Assembly: GCA_013334925.1 (NCBI GenBank)
Contig: JAAXWP010000003.1
Span: 32,771 to 96,770, forward strand
Reading direction: 5' to 3'
DNA: 64,000 nt
Origin: Chlorobiaceae bacterium
GTDB lineage: Bacteria > Bacteroidota > Chlorobiia > Chlorobiales > Chlorobiaceae
Shown: positions 47,387-56,999 of the stretch, in pieces
How positions within the stretch are numbered: position 1 is the first letter of the stretch
How the letters are laid out: the number at the start of each line of letters is the position of its first letter
The notes under the pieces: model-generated
Seen by the model: the letters and a program-made list of their open reading frames with translations, nothing else
The model's database searches: none
What the model was told of the DNA's origin: nothing
Made by a program: the position numbers and the translations under genes

Positions 47387-47935
47387 TCATTCAAGGGCGT
47401 ACCGGTTGCGGAGCGTCGTCAGCAGCGCATGAAGCTCTTCATGCCGTCCTTCACCGATCACCGTACCTTCGAAGTCATCGAAAGCTTTGGCTATCTCATC
47501 GAACTGATGCCCTGTCAGCAGCTTTTGCGTCATGGGAAACAGGATCGTGTTCTCCTTCCTGATATGGTTTTCAAATAACTCGATATAGCCATGCACCGCC
47601 GCCGAAAATCTCGCCGGATCGAGCCGGGGAAAGCTCGACGCCTCCATGGCCCTGAGCAGTTCGCGACCACGATCATGCTCCGACAGCAACACCCTGAGCG
47701 GCCCCTCATCCTCTGATAGTCCAACCCTGACAAGGGCAGGAAATAGCAGTTGCTCCTCCTTGCCGTGATGACAACCATCGGCGAACAGTTTCAGAAATCC
47801 GAGGATATCCGAAATATCCCCCTCCGCCACAGAACCGCCATCTTCCAGCCGTCCCACAATACCTTTGAGCACCTGAAAAGCTTCGAGAATTGCCTCATGT
47901 TCGTGCATCAGATCATCGATCGCCTTGTTCATCAT
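47387..47935 (-). CDS. hemerythrin HHE cation-binding domain protein
   Basis: DDLMHEHEAILE...CHHGKEEQLLFP...HIRKENTILFP are His/Glu ligand blocks. ATG at 47935 has GGAGG 5 nt upstream. Confidence 0.8.
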   Translation of the reverse strand: MMNKAIDDLMHEHEAILEAFQVLKGIVGRLEDGGSVAEGDISDILGFLKLFADGCHHGKEEQLLFPALVRVGLSEDEGPLRVLLSEHDRGRELLRAMEASSFPRLDPARFSAAVHGYIELFENHIRKENTILFPMTQKLLTGHQFDEIAKAFDDFEGTVIGEGRHEELHALLTTLRNRYALE

Positions 47936-48163
47936 CGTTGCCTCCATGTTGTTGGACAGCAGCCAGGCGTTGAGACTATGCTCGCGCCTATCCACCGCTG
48001 TGAGCAAAGTTCGTACGGATGAAACTCATGAAAGGATTACTGCCCGGAACATCCTGGCCGGCTGAAGTGCCAACCCCGAAAGAGAGGGGATAGACATCAA
48101 CAGAAAAAAACACTAAAAAATCGTCAGACTTTACGACATCAGGCTTCTCCGCCTCAGCAGAGC

Positions 48164-50599
48164 TTACGATGCTGCGACTTTGCCAGAATTCGTGTCCGCG
48201 GATACGAAACGCCTGAGCATCATGACCTTCAGCAGGTCATTGACAACAAGACAGCAGAACGCCGCATAGCTGAAGATGCACAGGATCTGCCACCATGGAA
48301 GAGACTGCATACCGGGAAGGCCGGCGAAGGTCAATGCGGTACCAATGGCTGCGTCTGCAGCAAGCGCGAGCAGGAGTGCCCCTCCCGGCCTGGAGGCATT
48401 GAAGCGGTTGCGCTCCCGCACGGAGAAGATCGAAAAGATGGCGAGGTACAGCAGCGTCAGGAAGCTGAAGGTGTAGAGCGAACCGTCGATCTCCGAGAGC
48501 CCGAACGGCACCCGGCAGATACCAAGCAGGAGCAACGCCTCCGCCACCATCGCGACACCCAGAACAACCGCTACCACGACATATCGCCCGATATTCCACG
48601 TCTCGGGCTGTTGTGACGGCCTGACCCGGTCGGTGGCCAGCGCAATCTTGGCAAAATCGTTCATGAAGGTGAGCAGCAGCATGGCGAACGCCGATACCAC
48701 GAACTTCCCGGTCATCAGGAATGCAACCGAAACGAAAGCCGCCTTCAGCACCGTCCGGCTGATCTTGTTGAGCACCCAGGTAAGCAGGCGCTGGTAGATG
48801 ATCCTTCCCTGCTCCACCAGTGCGACGATGTTGGTCAGGCCAGGTTCGGTCAGCACCACGCTGGCCGCACCCTTGGCGACATCGGTGGCCGAACTGACGG
48901 CAATGCCGACCTCAGCCTGTCGCAAAGCAGGAGCATCGTTGACACCGTCGCCGGTCATACCGGTGACATGTCCCGCCTTCTGAAGGTACTGCACGACCCG
49001 GTACTTGTCCTCAGGGTAGACTTCGGCAAAGCCTCCTGCTTCGGAATAAATGGCCTCGCCTGTGCCCTCTCTGACGCCGGACAGATCGGCGGCACGCCTG
49101 ATCCCCTTCAACCCGACCAGCCTTGCAGTTTCGACCGCGACCGGAAGGGCGTCCCCGGTGAGCATCCGGACCCTGACGCCAAGACGGCTCAGGGTTTCGA
49201 TCAGCCTGGCCGCATCCGGTCGGGGCGGATCGGAGAGCGTCACCATGCCGATGACCCTGCAGGGACCATGTTCCGGACCTTTCGCCACAACTAGAGCACG
49301 GTATCCTTTCCGGGCGGCCTCCGCTGCCATTCCGTCAAGCATGGCGGTTGCTGCCTCGTCTTCACTGCACAGGGCGGCAATGGTCCGGACCGCCCCCTTC
49401 ATCACGCGCATCCTGACACCGCCCTCCTCGACCAGAGCCTCGGTACGCCGACGCTCGGCATCGAACGGAACGAAGGCAAGCACTGCGGACTGCGGACGCC
49501 CCTCGAAGCTCTTCCGTTCATGGGCCGCCTCGAGAAACGCCAGGTCGATCGGGTCGTTGTTGGCTTCACGGGAAGCGAGTGCACCAGCGGCAAGCACATC
49601 CGCCTCGGTTGAGGAACCTACCGGCATGACCTCCGCGATGCCAAGGCTGTTCATGGTGATCGTACCGGTCTTGTCAACGCACAGGGTATCCATCGTCGCG
49701 GCATCTTCGGCAGCGCTGAGGCGCGTCACCAGCACACCCAGCCTGGCCAGTTCCCTTGAGCCGACGGCCATGCTGACCGTGAACATGACCGGGAGGGCGA
49801 CCGGAACGGCACTCATGAGCAGCACCAGCATCAGCGGCAGAATTTCCGCTATGGCCATGCCGCGAAATAGCGAAACCGCGAACACGAGTCCAAGCAGAGT
49901 GCCGAGAATCACAAACAGCCACCGCACCAGCCTCGCCACCACCTCTTCGATATGCAACACCGGTTTTGCGAGATTGACCAGCTCTGTCGTGCGACCATAC
50001 AATGTTTTCGATCCGATCGATTCGACCTGGGCGTCACCTTCACCACGTCGAACCACCGAGCCGGAAAAGAGGGTCTCGCCAATAGACTTCCCGACCTCGG
50101 CCGACTCGCCGGTCACCGCGGACTGATCGACCCGAACAACACCAGAGAGCAGGCGCAGGTCCGCCGGAACGAAATCACCGGGACGAATCCGCACCAGGTC
50201 TCCCGGAACCAGTTCCCGGGCAGGCACAACCTGCCAGCTCGAATCGCGCAGCACCCTGACGCTGATCTGCAGTCGCCGCCTGAGCGCTTCGACGATACCG
50301 GTAGCCCGCCGCTCCTGATAAAATCCCACCACGGCATTCACCACGAGCAGCGTCGCTACGACGGCCACATCCGGATACTTGCCAAGAATGAGCGAGATGA
50401 TCAGGATAAGTTCGAGCATCCAGGCGGAGACACCGGTGAACCTGCCAAGAAACTGGAGCACGGGATGCTGTTTCCGCTCCTCCACCTCGTTGAATCCATA
50501 GGTATCCCGGAGCTTCCGTACCTCCTCGCCACTCAATCCGGCCTTACGCTCGGGAACCGGAGGGTCGGCTGTTTTCGTCTGTGTTTCGGGTTGCTGCAT
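48164..50599 (-). CDS. P-type ATPase, type IIIA (plasma-membrane H+-ATPase-like)
   Basis: CVDKTGTITMN phosphorylation site, TGES, and MTGDGVNDAPAL. The N-terminus GLSGEEVRKLRDTYGFNEVEE...QFLGRF resembles H+-ATPases of plants, fungi and archaea. Confidence 0.9.
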   Translation of the reverse strand: MQQPETQTKTADPPVPERKAGLSGEEVRKLRDTYGFNEVEERKQHPVLQFLGRFTGVSAWMLELILIISLILGKYPDVAVVATLLVVNAVVGFYQERRATGIVEALRRRLQISVRVLRDSSWQVVPARELVPGDLVRIRPGDFVPADLRLLSGVVRVDQSAVTGESAEVGKSIGETLFSGSVVRRGEGDAQVESIGSKTLYGRTTELVNLAKPVLHIEEVVARLVRWLFVILGTLLGLVFAVSLFRGMAIAEILPLMLVLLMSAVPVALPVMFTVSMAVGSRELARLGVLVTRLSAAEDAATMDTLCVDKTGTITMNSLGIAEVMPVGSSTEADVLAAGALASREANNDPIDLAFLEAAHERKSFEGRPQSAVLAFVPFDAERRRTEALVEEGGVRMRVMKGAVRTIAALCSEDEAATAMLDGMAAEAARKGYRALVVAKGPEHGPCRVIGMVTLSDPPRPDAARLIETLSRLGVRVRMLTGDALPVAVETARLVGLKGIRRAADLSGVREGTGEAIYSEAGGFAEVYPEDKYRVVQYLQKAGHVTGMTGDGVNDAPALRQAEVGIAVSSATDVAKGAASVVLTEPGLTNIVALVEQGRIIYQRLLTWVLNKISRTVLKAAFVSVAFLMTGKFVVSAFAMLLLTFMNDFAKIALATDRVRPSQQPETWNIGRYVVVAVVLGVAMVAEALLLLGICRVPFGLSEIDGSLYTFSFLTLLYLAIFSIFSVRERNRFNASRPGGALLLALAADAAIGTALTFAGLPGMQSLPWWQILCIFSYAAFCCLVVNDLLKVMMLRRFVSADTNSGKVAAS

Positions 50600-50819
50600 A
50601 TGTTCACCTGAAAAAGTGCATGCTCCACTGACAACAACCCATTTCGATCCAAAAGGATCACCCGAACCACCCCTGGCTTCTCACCACGACACTCCGTGTT
50701 TTTGCCCGAGCACTTTATGAGGGAGATGAAATGTTTATATTCACAGCAACCGGATGGAGCTGCAGAAGCCGCTCATCTTACCGGAAACCATTGATAACGT
50801 ACAATTTACCTTTACTGCC

Positions 50820-51915
50820 ATGTTCGACCCCGAAAAAGACCGCCTGCACGCCATCAACCACCGCCTGGACCAGTTACGGGGGTATCTTTAACATCGATGA
50901 ACGCAAAGAGAAGGTAAGCGACCTCGAAAAGATCACGGCAGCGCCGGACTTCTGGAACGATCAGAAAGCCGCCCATGCGCTCATGAAGGAGATCAACGAC
51001 AACAAGTCCTGGACCGAGGCTTACGACCGGTTGAAATCCGAGACCGACAATGCCATCGAAGAGATCGAGATCGCTTCGGAGCTCGAGGACGAATCGCTGG
51101 TCAAGGACCTCGACGCAACCATAGAACGCATCGAGCAGGAGATCTCCGCACTGGAGTTCCGCAACATGCTCTCGGGCAAGGACGACGCCGGTAACGCCAT
51201 GATCATCATCCACGCAGGCGCCGGTGGCACCGAAGCCCAGGACTGGGCCGAGATGCTCTACCGCATGTACATGCGCTGGGCGGAACGCAAGGGGTTCAAG
51301 GTCTTCACGGACGATTACCAGGAGGGTGAGGGTGCCGGCATCAAGAGCGCCACGCTCGAAATCATCGGACCCTATGCCTACGGCTACCTCAAGGCAGAGA
51401 ACGGTGTGCACCGGCTCGTCAGGGTATCGCCCTACGACTCGAACGCACGGCGCCATACCTCGTTCGCCAGCGTCTTCACCTACCCCGAGGCTCCACCAGA
51501 CGTGGAGATCGAAGTCAGGAAGGAGGACCTCGAACTGTCGACCTTCCGCAGCGGCGGCAAGGGCGGCCAGAACGTGAACAAGGTCGAAACCGCCGTACGC
51601 ATCAAGCACATCCCCTCGGGCATCGTCGTCGGTTGCCAGGAGGAGCGTTCGCAGCTCCAGAACCGCGAGCGGGCCATGAAGATGCTTATGGCGCAGCTCT
51701 ACCAGCGCAAGCGCGAAGAGGAGGATGCGAAAAAGCGCGAGATCGAGGGCAAGAAGAAGAAGATCGAATGGGGCAGCCAGATCCGCAGCTACGTGCTCGA
51801 CGACCGCCGCATCAAGGACCACCGGACCAACTACGAGCGGTTCGATGTGGAGAACGTGCTCGACGGCGACCTCGACGAGTTCATGCAGCGCTACCTCTCC
51901 GAATTCGGCGACTGA
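50820..51915 (+). CDS. prfB: peptide chain release factor 2, requires a programmed +1 frameshift (50820..50888 joined to 50890..51915)
   Basis: Frame 0 reads [23 protein letters not shown] then TAA (50889-50891). The +1 frame continues NIDERKEKV... through [17 protein letters not shown] (GGQ). The shift site CGGGGGTATCTTTAAC mirrors the E. coli AGGGGGUAUCUUUGAC. Confidence 0.9.
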
Positions 51916-51925
51916 GGCCCGAACC

Positions 51926-52759
51926 ATGGGCACGCACGGAGGCCGCCCGTTCAGGTTCGGCATCATCACCGACATCCATTACACACCTGAAGAACAGGCC
52001 GGCAGGACATCTGCCGGTCTGGACCGGTGCTTCACCTGCTGGGAAGAAGCCGATACGGCACTGGTGATCCAGCTCGGCGACCTCATCAACCGAGAAGGAG
52101 CGGAAGCGGAAAACGACCTGCTTAGCATCAGGGCGCTGCTCGCCCGTCATCCCGGAGAGATGGTGCACATCCCCGGCAACCACTGCCTGGCCGTTCCTCA
52201 GGCGAGGCTGTTCGACATCATGGGCATCCCTGCACCCTACTACTCAATCAGTCGGGGCGGCATCCGCTTTATCGTGATTCACGGTATGGATGTCTCGGTG
52301 CTGTCAGAACCTGAAAACGAGGCCGACCGCCACCTGCTCCACTACTATCATGTGGTGATGCAGGCTCCATTCTACTGCGGGGCCATCGGCAGCCGTCAGC
52401 TCGAATGGCTTGTCTCTGAACTGGACACGGCCCTGCGCAATGAAGAGCCGGTCATCGTGCTCTCCCACCTGCCACTTCTCGAAGAGACCAGCGACCAGAA
52501 ACATGGTCTGCTCTGGAACCATGAAGAGATCTCGGCGCTCATCTGCCGGTATCCGAACATCCTCGCCTGTCTGAGCGGGCACTACCATCCCGGGGCTTAC
52601 GCCATCCGCGAAGGCATTCACTTCATCGTCCTGCCGGCGTTCGCCAACTGCAGCGAACAGCCCTGCTGCTTCACCGCCGGGATCGACGGTAATAACCTGC
52701 GGATCAGCGACAGTCGCGGAACCCTGCTCCACGACCTCGAACTGCCCGGATCACGATAA
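51926..52759 (+). CDS. calcineurin-like metallophosphoesterase
   Basis: FGIITDIHY, QLGDLIN and IPGNHC motifs. ATG at 51926 lies just after the prfB stop. The track ORF start (51725) lies inside prfB. Confidence 0.85.
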   Translation: MGTHGGRPFRFGIITDIHYTPEEQAGRTSAGLDRCFTCWEEADTALVIQLGDLINREGAEAENDLLSIRALLARHPGEMVHIPGNHCLAVPQARLFDIMGIPAPYYSISRGGIRFIVIHGMDVSVLSEPENEADRHLLHYYHVVMQAPFYCGAIGSRQLEWLVSELDTALRNEEPVIVLSHLPLLEETSDQKHGLLWNHEEISALICRYPNILACLSGHYHPGAYAIREGIHFIVLPAFANCSEQPCCFTAGIDGNNLRISDSRGTLLHDLELPGSR

Positions 52760-52774
52760 GCAAACAGCCAGAAT

Positions 52775-53404
52775 TCAGGCCTCTTTCAGTTCCCGGATAA
52801 CCGCATCGACGCTTGTACGATCGCTGAGCATCCAGGGATGAAGAAGCACAGAAAGCCTGATCTCTTTCCAGGAGGGCATACTCGAACTTACAGCAGGAAC
52901 GATCATGAGGTCGAAAGGGGTCCAGATGGAGACAGGTGAGATGTTTTCGAGCAGATGGGCACCCTGTTGCAGGTCGATGAGAAAAACGCTGCCCGGACGC
53001 ATCTGCATGGCCCCTTTATGTCGCAGCGCATGGGCCAGAATACTGCCATGATGTGGAGTGGACAGAGTCACCAGCTTCCTGGCCCGCCGGATGCCGCCGA
53101 GATGCTGCAGATAGTACCGGCAGACCAGGCCACCCATGCTGAATCCGACCATGGAGAACTGTTCGCCGGAATCAAGATACCGCTCGATGTACGCGTCCAG
53201 TTGAGCGGCGAGCTGGTCCAGCCCCAAGACACCGGAGTTCGGAGTCAGATCTGGCGTCCAGCACCTGAAACCATGCGCTTGCAGGGCATCAGACATTTTC
53301 CTGAATACCCTGCCGGTATCGAATATCCCGTGCACCAGGACAACATCACCAGCAGGTTTCGATGTGTCCGACCGCTCAGGCATCCTGCCTTGCGGCACCG
53401 TCAC
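52775..53404 (-). CDS. alpha/beta hydrolase (small lipase/esterase-like)
   Basis: VVLVHGIFDTG and the nucleophile elbow VGFSMGG. Confidence 0.8.
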   Translation of the reverse strand: MTVPQGRMPERSDTSKPAGDVVLVHGIFDTGRVFRKMSDALQAHGFRCWTPDLTPNSGVLGLDQLAAQLDAYIERYLDSGEQFSMVGFSMGGLVCRYYLQHLGGIRRARKLVTLSTPHHGSILAHALRHKGAMQMRPGSVFLIDLQQGAHLLENISPVSIWTPFDLMIVPAVSSSMPSWKEIRLSVLLHPWMLSDRTSVDAVIRELKEA

Positions 53405-54110
53405 CTCCGGTTGCTTCGAGATTGATGAAAAACACCGTCGACATGCTCACGGCGATCAGGTACATCAACCGGTAAATCAGGTCGAGCGAAACCAGCATGA
53501 CGATCGAATCCGGAGCCAGCTCATAGAGTGGCTTCATTGCCGTACTGACCACCGCAGGAAAGAGAAAGAATACGACCTGATAGCCGAGCACTCTCCACCA
53601 CCGTCCTCTGACCATGGCTTTCGAGCGGTCCAGAGCCGCTTTTCCAGACACACCCCGCAAGGCGACCACCATGAGACCGAAGGTATAGTACACACTCCAG
53701 ATGAATCCTGGAACAAACAGGAGCAGTGACCAGGCTGCGACAATCAGCAACGACAGCAAACCGGTGCCCAGTGCTGGCATCCATCTGGAGAGCGCATGCC
53801 GGAGCGCCTCCTGCAACGTTATCGGAGTGCCGAGCATGGAGGATTCCACCATCCTGATGAGCGACAGCTGGAGCAGCGTCCCGAACACGAACCACATAAA
53901 AAGGGCGAGCAGCAGGTAACGAATCAGCAGGGGCAAATTTTGCTGGTCGACCACGGTAAAGTCGTGAAACTGCCAGGAGACCATCTCCAGCGGAACCGAA
54001 ATCAGAAACACCAGCGGCAGGATTGCGCCCGCGTTGCTCCTGAACTGTTTCCACCCTTCGACGATGATCTCGTTTACCGTAAGTGCACGGATTGAAGCTG
54101 TTTCATTCAT
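53376..54110 (-). CDS. hypothetical integral membrane protein
   Basis: Five to six hydrophobic segments. No family recognised. It overlaps the downstream gene start by 29 nt. Confidence 0.65.
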   Translation of the reverse strand: MNETASIRALTVNEIIVEGWKQFRSNAGAILPLVFLISVPLEMVSWQFHDFTVVDQQNLPLLIRYLLLALFMWFVFGTLLQLSLIRMVESSMLGTPITLQEALRHALSRWMPALGTGLLSLLIVAAWSLLLFVPGFIWSVYYTFGLMVVALRGVSGKAALDRSKAMVRGRWWRVLGYQVVFFLFPAVVSTAMKPLYELAPDSIVMLVSLDLIYRLMYLIAVSMSTVFFINLEATGGDGAARQDA

Positions 54111-54119
54111 GATTTCACC

Positions 54120-54656
54120 TCACCACTTTTCGCGATGGATCTTTTCCGGTTTGAACTTGTCGATCGGCGGCTTGACGACCGTAGGATACCCCAGCGGAAT
54201 CACGCAAAGAGGAATCACCGTATCTGGTATGCCCAGCACCGTGCGGACATGGGCCATCCGGTCTTCATACGGATAGGAGGCGACCCACACAGCACCCAAC
54301 CCCACCGCTTGCGCGGCCATCAGGATGTTCTCCGTGGCGCAGGTAGCATCGACAACCGCCAGCTCGGCACTGCCGTTATTGGCCTCTTCAGGTAAGGCGC
54401 AGACCGTTATCGCGGCTGCAGCTTTGCCCAGCATCTTGCCGAATGGCAACCCCTCGGCAAGGGTACTCAGCGTTTCACGCGAGGTCACCACGATGAACGA
54501 CCATGGCTGCATGTTCTTGGCCGTCGGGGCCGACATCCCCGCCCTGAGCAACTGCTCGATCACCTCGTCACCCAGAGGTGCATCGGTGTAGTCTCGCACG
54601 CTCCTGCGGTTTAAAATTACCGCCATCGCGTCACCTGAATGTATCTCCTGACTCAT
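54120..54656 (-). CDS. nitroreductase-family protein
   Basis: ILNRRSVRDYTD...LLRAGMSAPTAKNMQPWSFIVV is the classic nitroreductase N-terminal block. Confidence 0.85.
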   Translation of the reverse strand: MSQEIHSGDAMAVILNRRSVRDYTDAPLGDEVIEQLLRAGMSAPTAKNMQPWSFIVVTSRETLSTLAEGLPFGKMLGKAAAAITVCALPEEANNGSAELAVVDATCATENILMAAQAVGLGAVWVASYPYEDRMAHVRTVLGIPDTVIPLCVIPLGYPTVVKPPIDKFKPEKIHREKW

Positions 54657-54891
54657 ACTGTCTCCGTTTCTTGAGCGTTACGTTAACCACTGTGTCACTG
54701 ATGCATGCCATCGTGTCGCACGAACCGTTCACAGGCCCGCAAGTCAGCACATCCATGTAAAATAATATCCTTGACCAAAACCTCACGGCCTCGTTCCAGA
54801 ATCACAAAATGTTTTGAATAATCCCCGTTTATAGCGTACCATATATATACCCCACCTGTATTATCCGTCCAATCATAAACATTTCACAGCT

Positions 54892-56925
54892 ATGTTCAAA
54901 AAGGGGAAGATTCTGTTGCTGTGCGTTACGCTTTCCGCCTTTTTCAGTGGAACAGCGCCCGCCTATGCCGATATCACCTACACACCGTTATCGGCAACCG
55001 TCTCAACGGTAAAGACGCCGTATCTGTACATCTCGGTAAATGACCAGGGAACTCTCGGAAACGGGTCGAGCTTACCGGGTATCCAGCACGATCCTACAGG
55101 TACAGGGACATTCTATGCTGACAGGGATTACCTGCAGCCAGGGACGCCCTTCGAAGGCTTCTACATCAATGCGGTGAGTGGAAGCAACACCTACACAGGT
55201 CTGGGCAACAACAATGCCGGAGGAACCGGCTTCTCCACCACCGGCACACTGACCAACAACAGCACGACGCACAATGCCGATGTTGCATGGACGGGCACAA
55301 ATAGCGCTTCCGGCATCACCGTGCTGAACCGTTACACCTTCTCCGATGCCTCGCAGTACATCAAGATCAGAACAACCCTCACCGCTGCACAGGCGCTGAC
55401 CGGGGTCCAGTTCCTGAGAACACTCGATCCCGATCAGGACGCTCCGGTGGGTAACAACACTACTACGAACACCCTCGGGTTCACTGCTGCATCCGGCAAG
55501 GTCATTCCGGCCAGCGATGCTGCCGTTGCCTCGGGCTCGATCCGCCCGGACCTCAAGGTCATCATCTACACCAATTCAGCCATTCCTCACGCTGCAGGCA
55601 TCAGTTCCGCCTGGACCTCCAATCCGGCAAACTACCTCGGCACCACTCAGCTGAACGACGGAAACGGCGACTATACCATCGGGGTGGCGTACAACATCGG
55701 TGACATGGCGGCAGGAGCATCGACCGACCTGGTCTATTACTACCTCTTCAGCGATTCGGCGGAGGTCCTTGACAACCTGATCACCGAGATCATCTCCGGA
55801 GGCATCTCCTGGAGACAGTACATGATCGACCACGGTGGCAACAAAAACGCCCAGTCCGTTGGCGGGGTCCTGGATACGCTCACGGATGCCGACGCCCTTG
55901 GTCAGACGAATGCCACCCAGCAGTATCTGATCGACAACTTTGCGGCTTCCGACCCGGCCAACTATGTCACCCTCGCCACGACCCTGTCTGGCGAAATCCA
56001 TGCTGCCATGGCCGCCGAGGTACCCATGTCCTCCATCTGGCTGCAGAACACCGTTTCCGACATGCTGTTCAAATCGTCGAATTCTGAATCGTGCATACAG
56101 CCTGGACGTGGCGTCTGGGTTGCAACCGGAAGAAGCTGGGACAAATGGTATGGCGACAATCGGGCGTCGGGAATCTATGCTGACCGCGATCAGTTTGCCG
56201 CGGGCTACGACCTGTTATCGAATGACAGATTCAGAGTCGGTCTTGGCGGTATGTACGCCGAAATCGATGTCGACGGCGCCAATCACAGCAAAGGCGACGC
56301 ATCGAAAAAACTTGCATTCGCCTACGGCCAGTACAGTGCTGGCAAGTTTCTGTTCGACGGCATCATCGCCGGCGGTTCGACCAGATGGGAAACCTCCCGT
56401 TCTGTGACCCTCGGTGCTGGCACCGACAAGCTTTCCACGGGAAAATCAGGATTCAGCGGCATGGCTGGCCTGAGCGTGGGCATGCCAATCGCTGTCAGGC
56501 AGTTCAGCATTCAGCCATATGCATCCGCACTGCTGATTCATGAAGAGCGCGGCGCAGTCACTGAAGGAGATACCGCCACCGCATTGACGCTGCCAAAATA
56601 TTCGGTTGATGGAACCCGGCTTAGCCTGGGTGTGACGTTGGCATCGGCATGCCGGAACCCGGTGAAGACGCCGGTCACCTTCAAGCTGGGCATTGAAGGT
56701 GGCATCGACAGCGATGAGCTCGCGAACCCGCATGTTGAAGCCGAACTCGCAGGAGTGTCTTACAACATCGTATCCCCGAGTGTTTCGCAGGGATATTTCC
56801 AGACAAAAGCGGAAGGTACCGTGCGTCTGGCCAGCAACAGCTACTGCTATGCCAATTACACCGGCATGTTCAGGAGCGGCGGCCAGTCACAAGGCGTCGA
56901 ACTTGGGGTCAGGCTCCTGTTCTGA
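54892..56925 (+). CDS. type Va autotransporter (classical signal peptide), paralog of 28281..31043
   Basis: Signal peptide MFKKGKILLLCVTLSAFFSGTAPAYA. The linker and barrel region aligns with the other autotransporter (TLSGEIHAAMAAEVPMSSIWLQNTVSDML vs ALAGEVHGAMAAEVPLSSLALQSMVSDIL; GVWVATGRSWDKWYGD vs GVWFTATKNWDKRYGD). Confidence 0.9.
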   Translation: MFKKGKILLLCVTLSAFFSGTAPAYADITYTPLSATVSTVKTPYLYISVNDQGTLGNGSSLPGIQHDPTGTGTFYADRDYLQPGTPFEGFYINAVSGSNTYTGLGNNNAGGTGFSTTGTLTNNSTTHNADVAWTGTNSASGITVLNRYTFSDASQYIKIRTTLTAAQALTGVQFLRTLDPDQDAPVGNNTTTNTLGFTAASGKVIPASDAAVASGSIRPDLKVIIYTNSAIPHAAGISSAWTSNPANYLGTTQLNDGNGDYTIGVAYNIGDMAAGASTDLVYYYLFSDSAEVLDNLITEIISGGISWRQYMIDHGGNKNAQSVGGVLDTLTDADALGQTNATQQYLIDNFAASDPANYVTLATTLSGEIHAAMAAEVPMSSIWLQNTVSDMLFKSSNSESCIQPGRGVWVATGRSWDKWYGDNRASGIYADRDQFAAGYDLLSNDRFRVGLGGMYAEIDVDGANHSKGDASKKLAFAYGQYSAGKFLFDGIIAGGSTRWETSRSVTLGAGTDKLSTGKSGFSGMAGLSVGMPIAVRQFSIQPYASALLIHEERGAVTEGDTATALTLPKYSVDGTRLSLGVTLASACRNPVKTPVTFKLGIEGGIDSDELANPHVEAELAGVSYNIVSPSVSQGYFQTKAEGTVRLASNSYCYANYTGMFRSGGQSQGVELGVRLLF

Positions 56926-56952
56926 GCGCATTTACCTTCACAACACACTCAC

Positions 56953-56994
56953 AACCAGCTGCATGGGGAACAAACCACGCAGCTGGTTTTTTTA
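56953..56994 (+). terminator. rho-independent terminator after the autotransporter gene
   Basis: Stem AACCAGCTGC / GCAGCTGGTT (56953-56962 / 56979-56988), then a T-run. Confidence 0.75.
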
Positions 56995-56999
56995 TTGGC

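Noticed and set aside
49050-50126. 358-aa plus-strand ORF. Similar long antisense ORFs lie at 50854..51975, 43519..44556, 24760..25737, 17724..18527, 38930..39769 and 28314..28685
   Set aside because: Each overlaps, on the opposite strand or in another frame, a gene with strong family signatures (P-type ATPase, prfB, treS, rsgA, kup, mnmE/SDR, autotransporter). Each has Ser/Arg/Pro/Ala-biased low-complexity translations.
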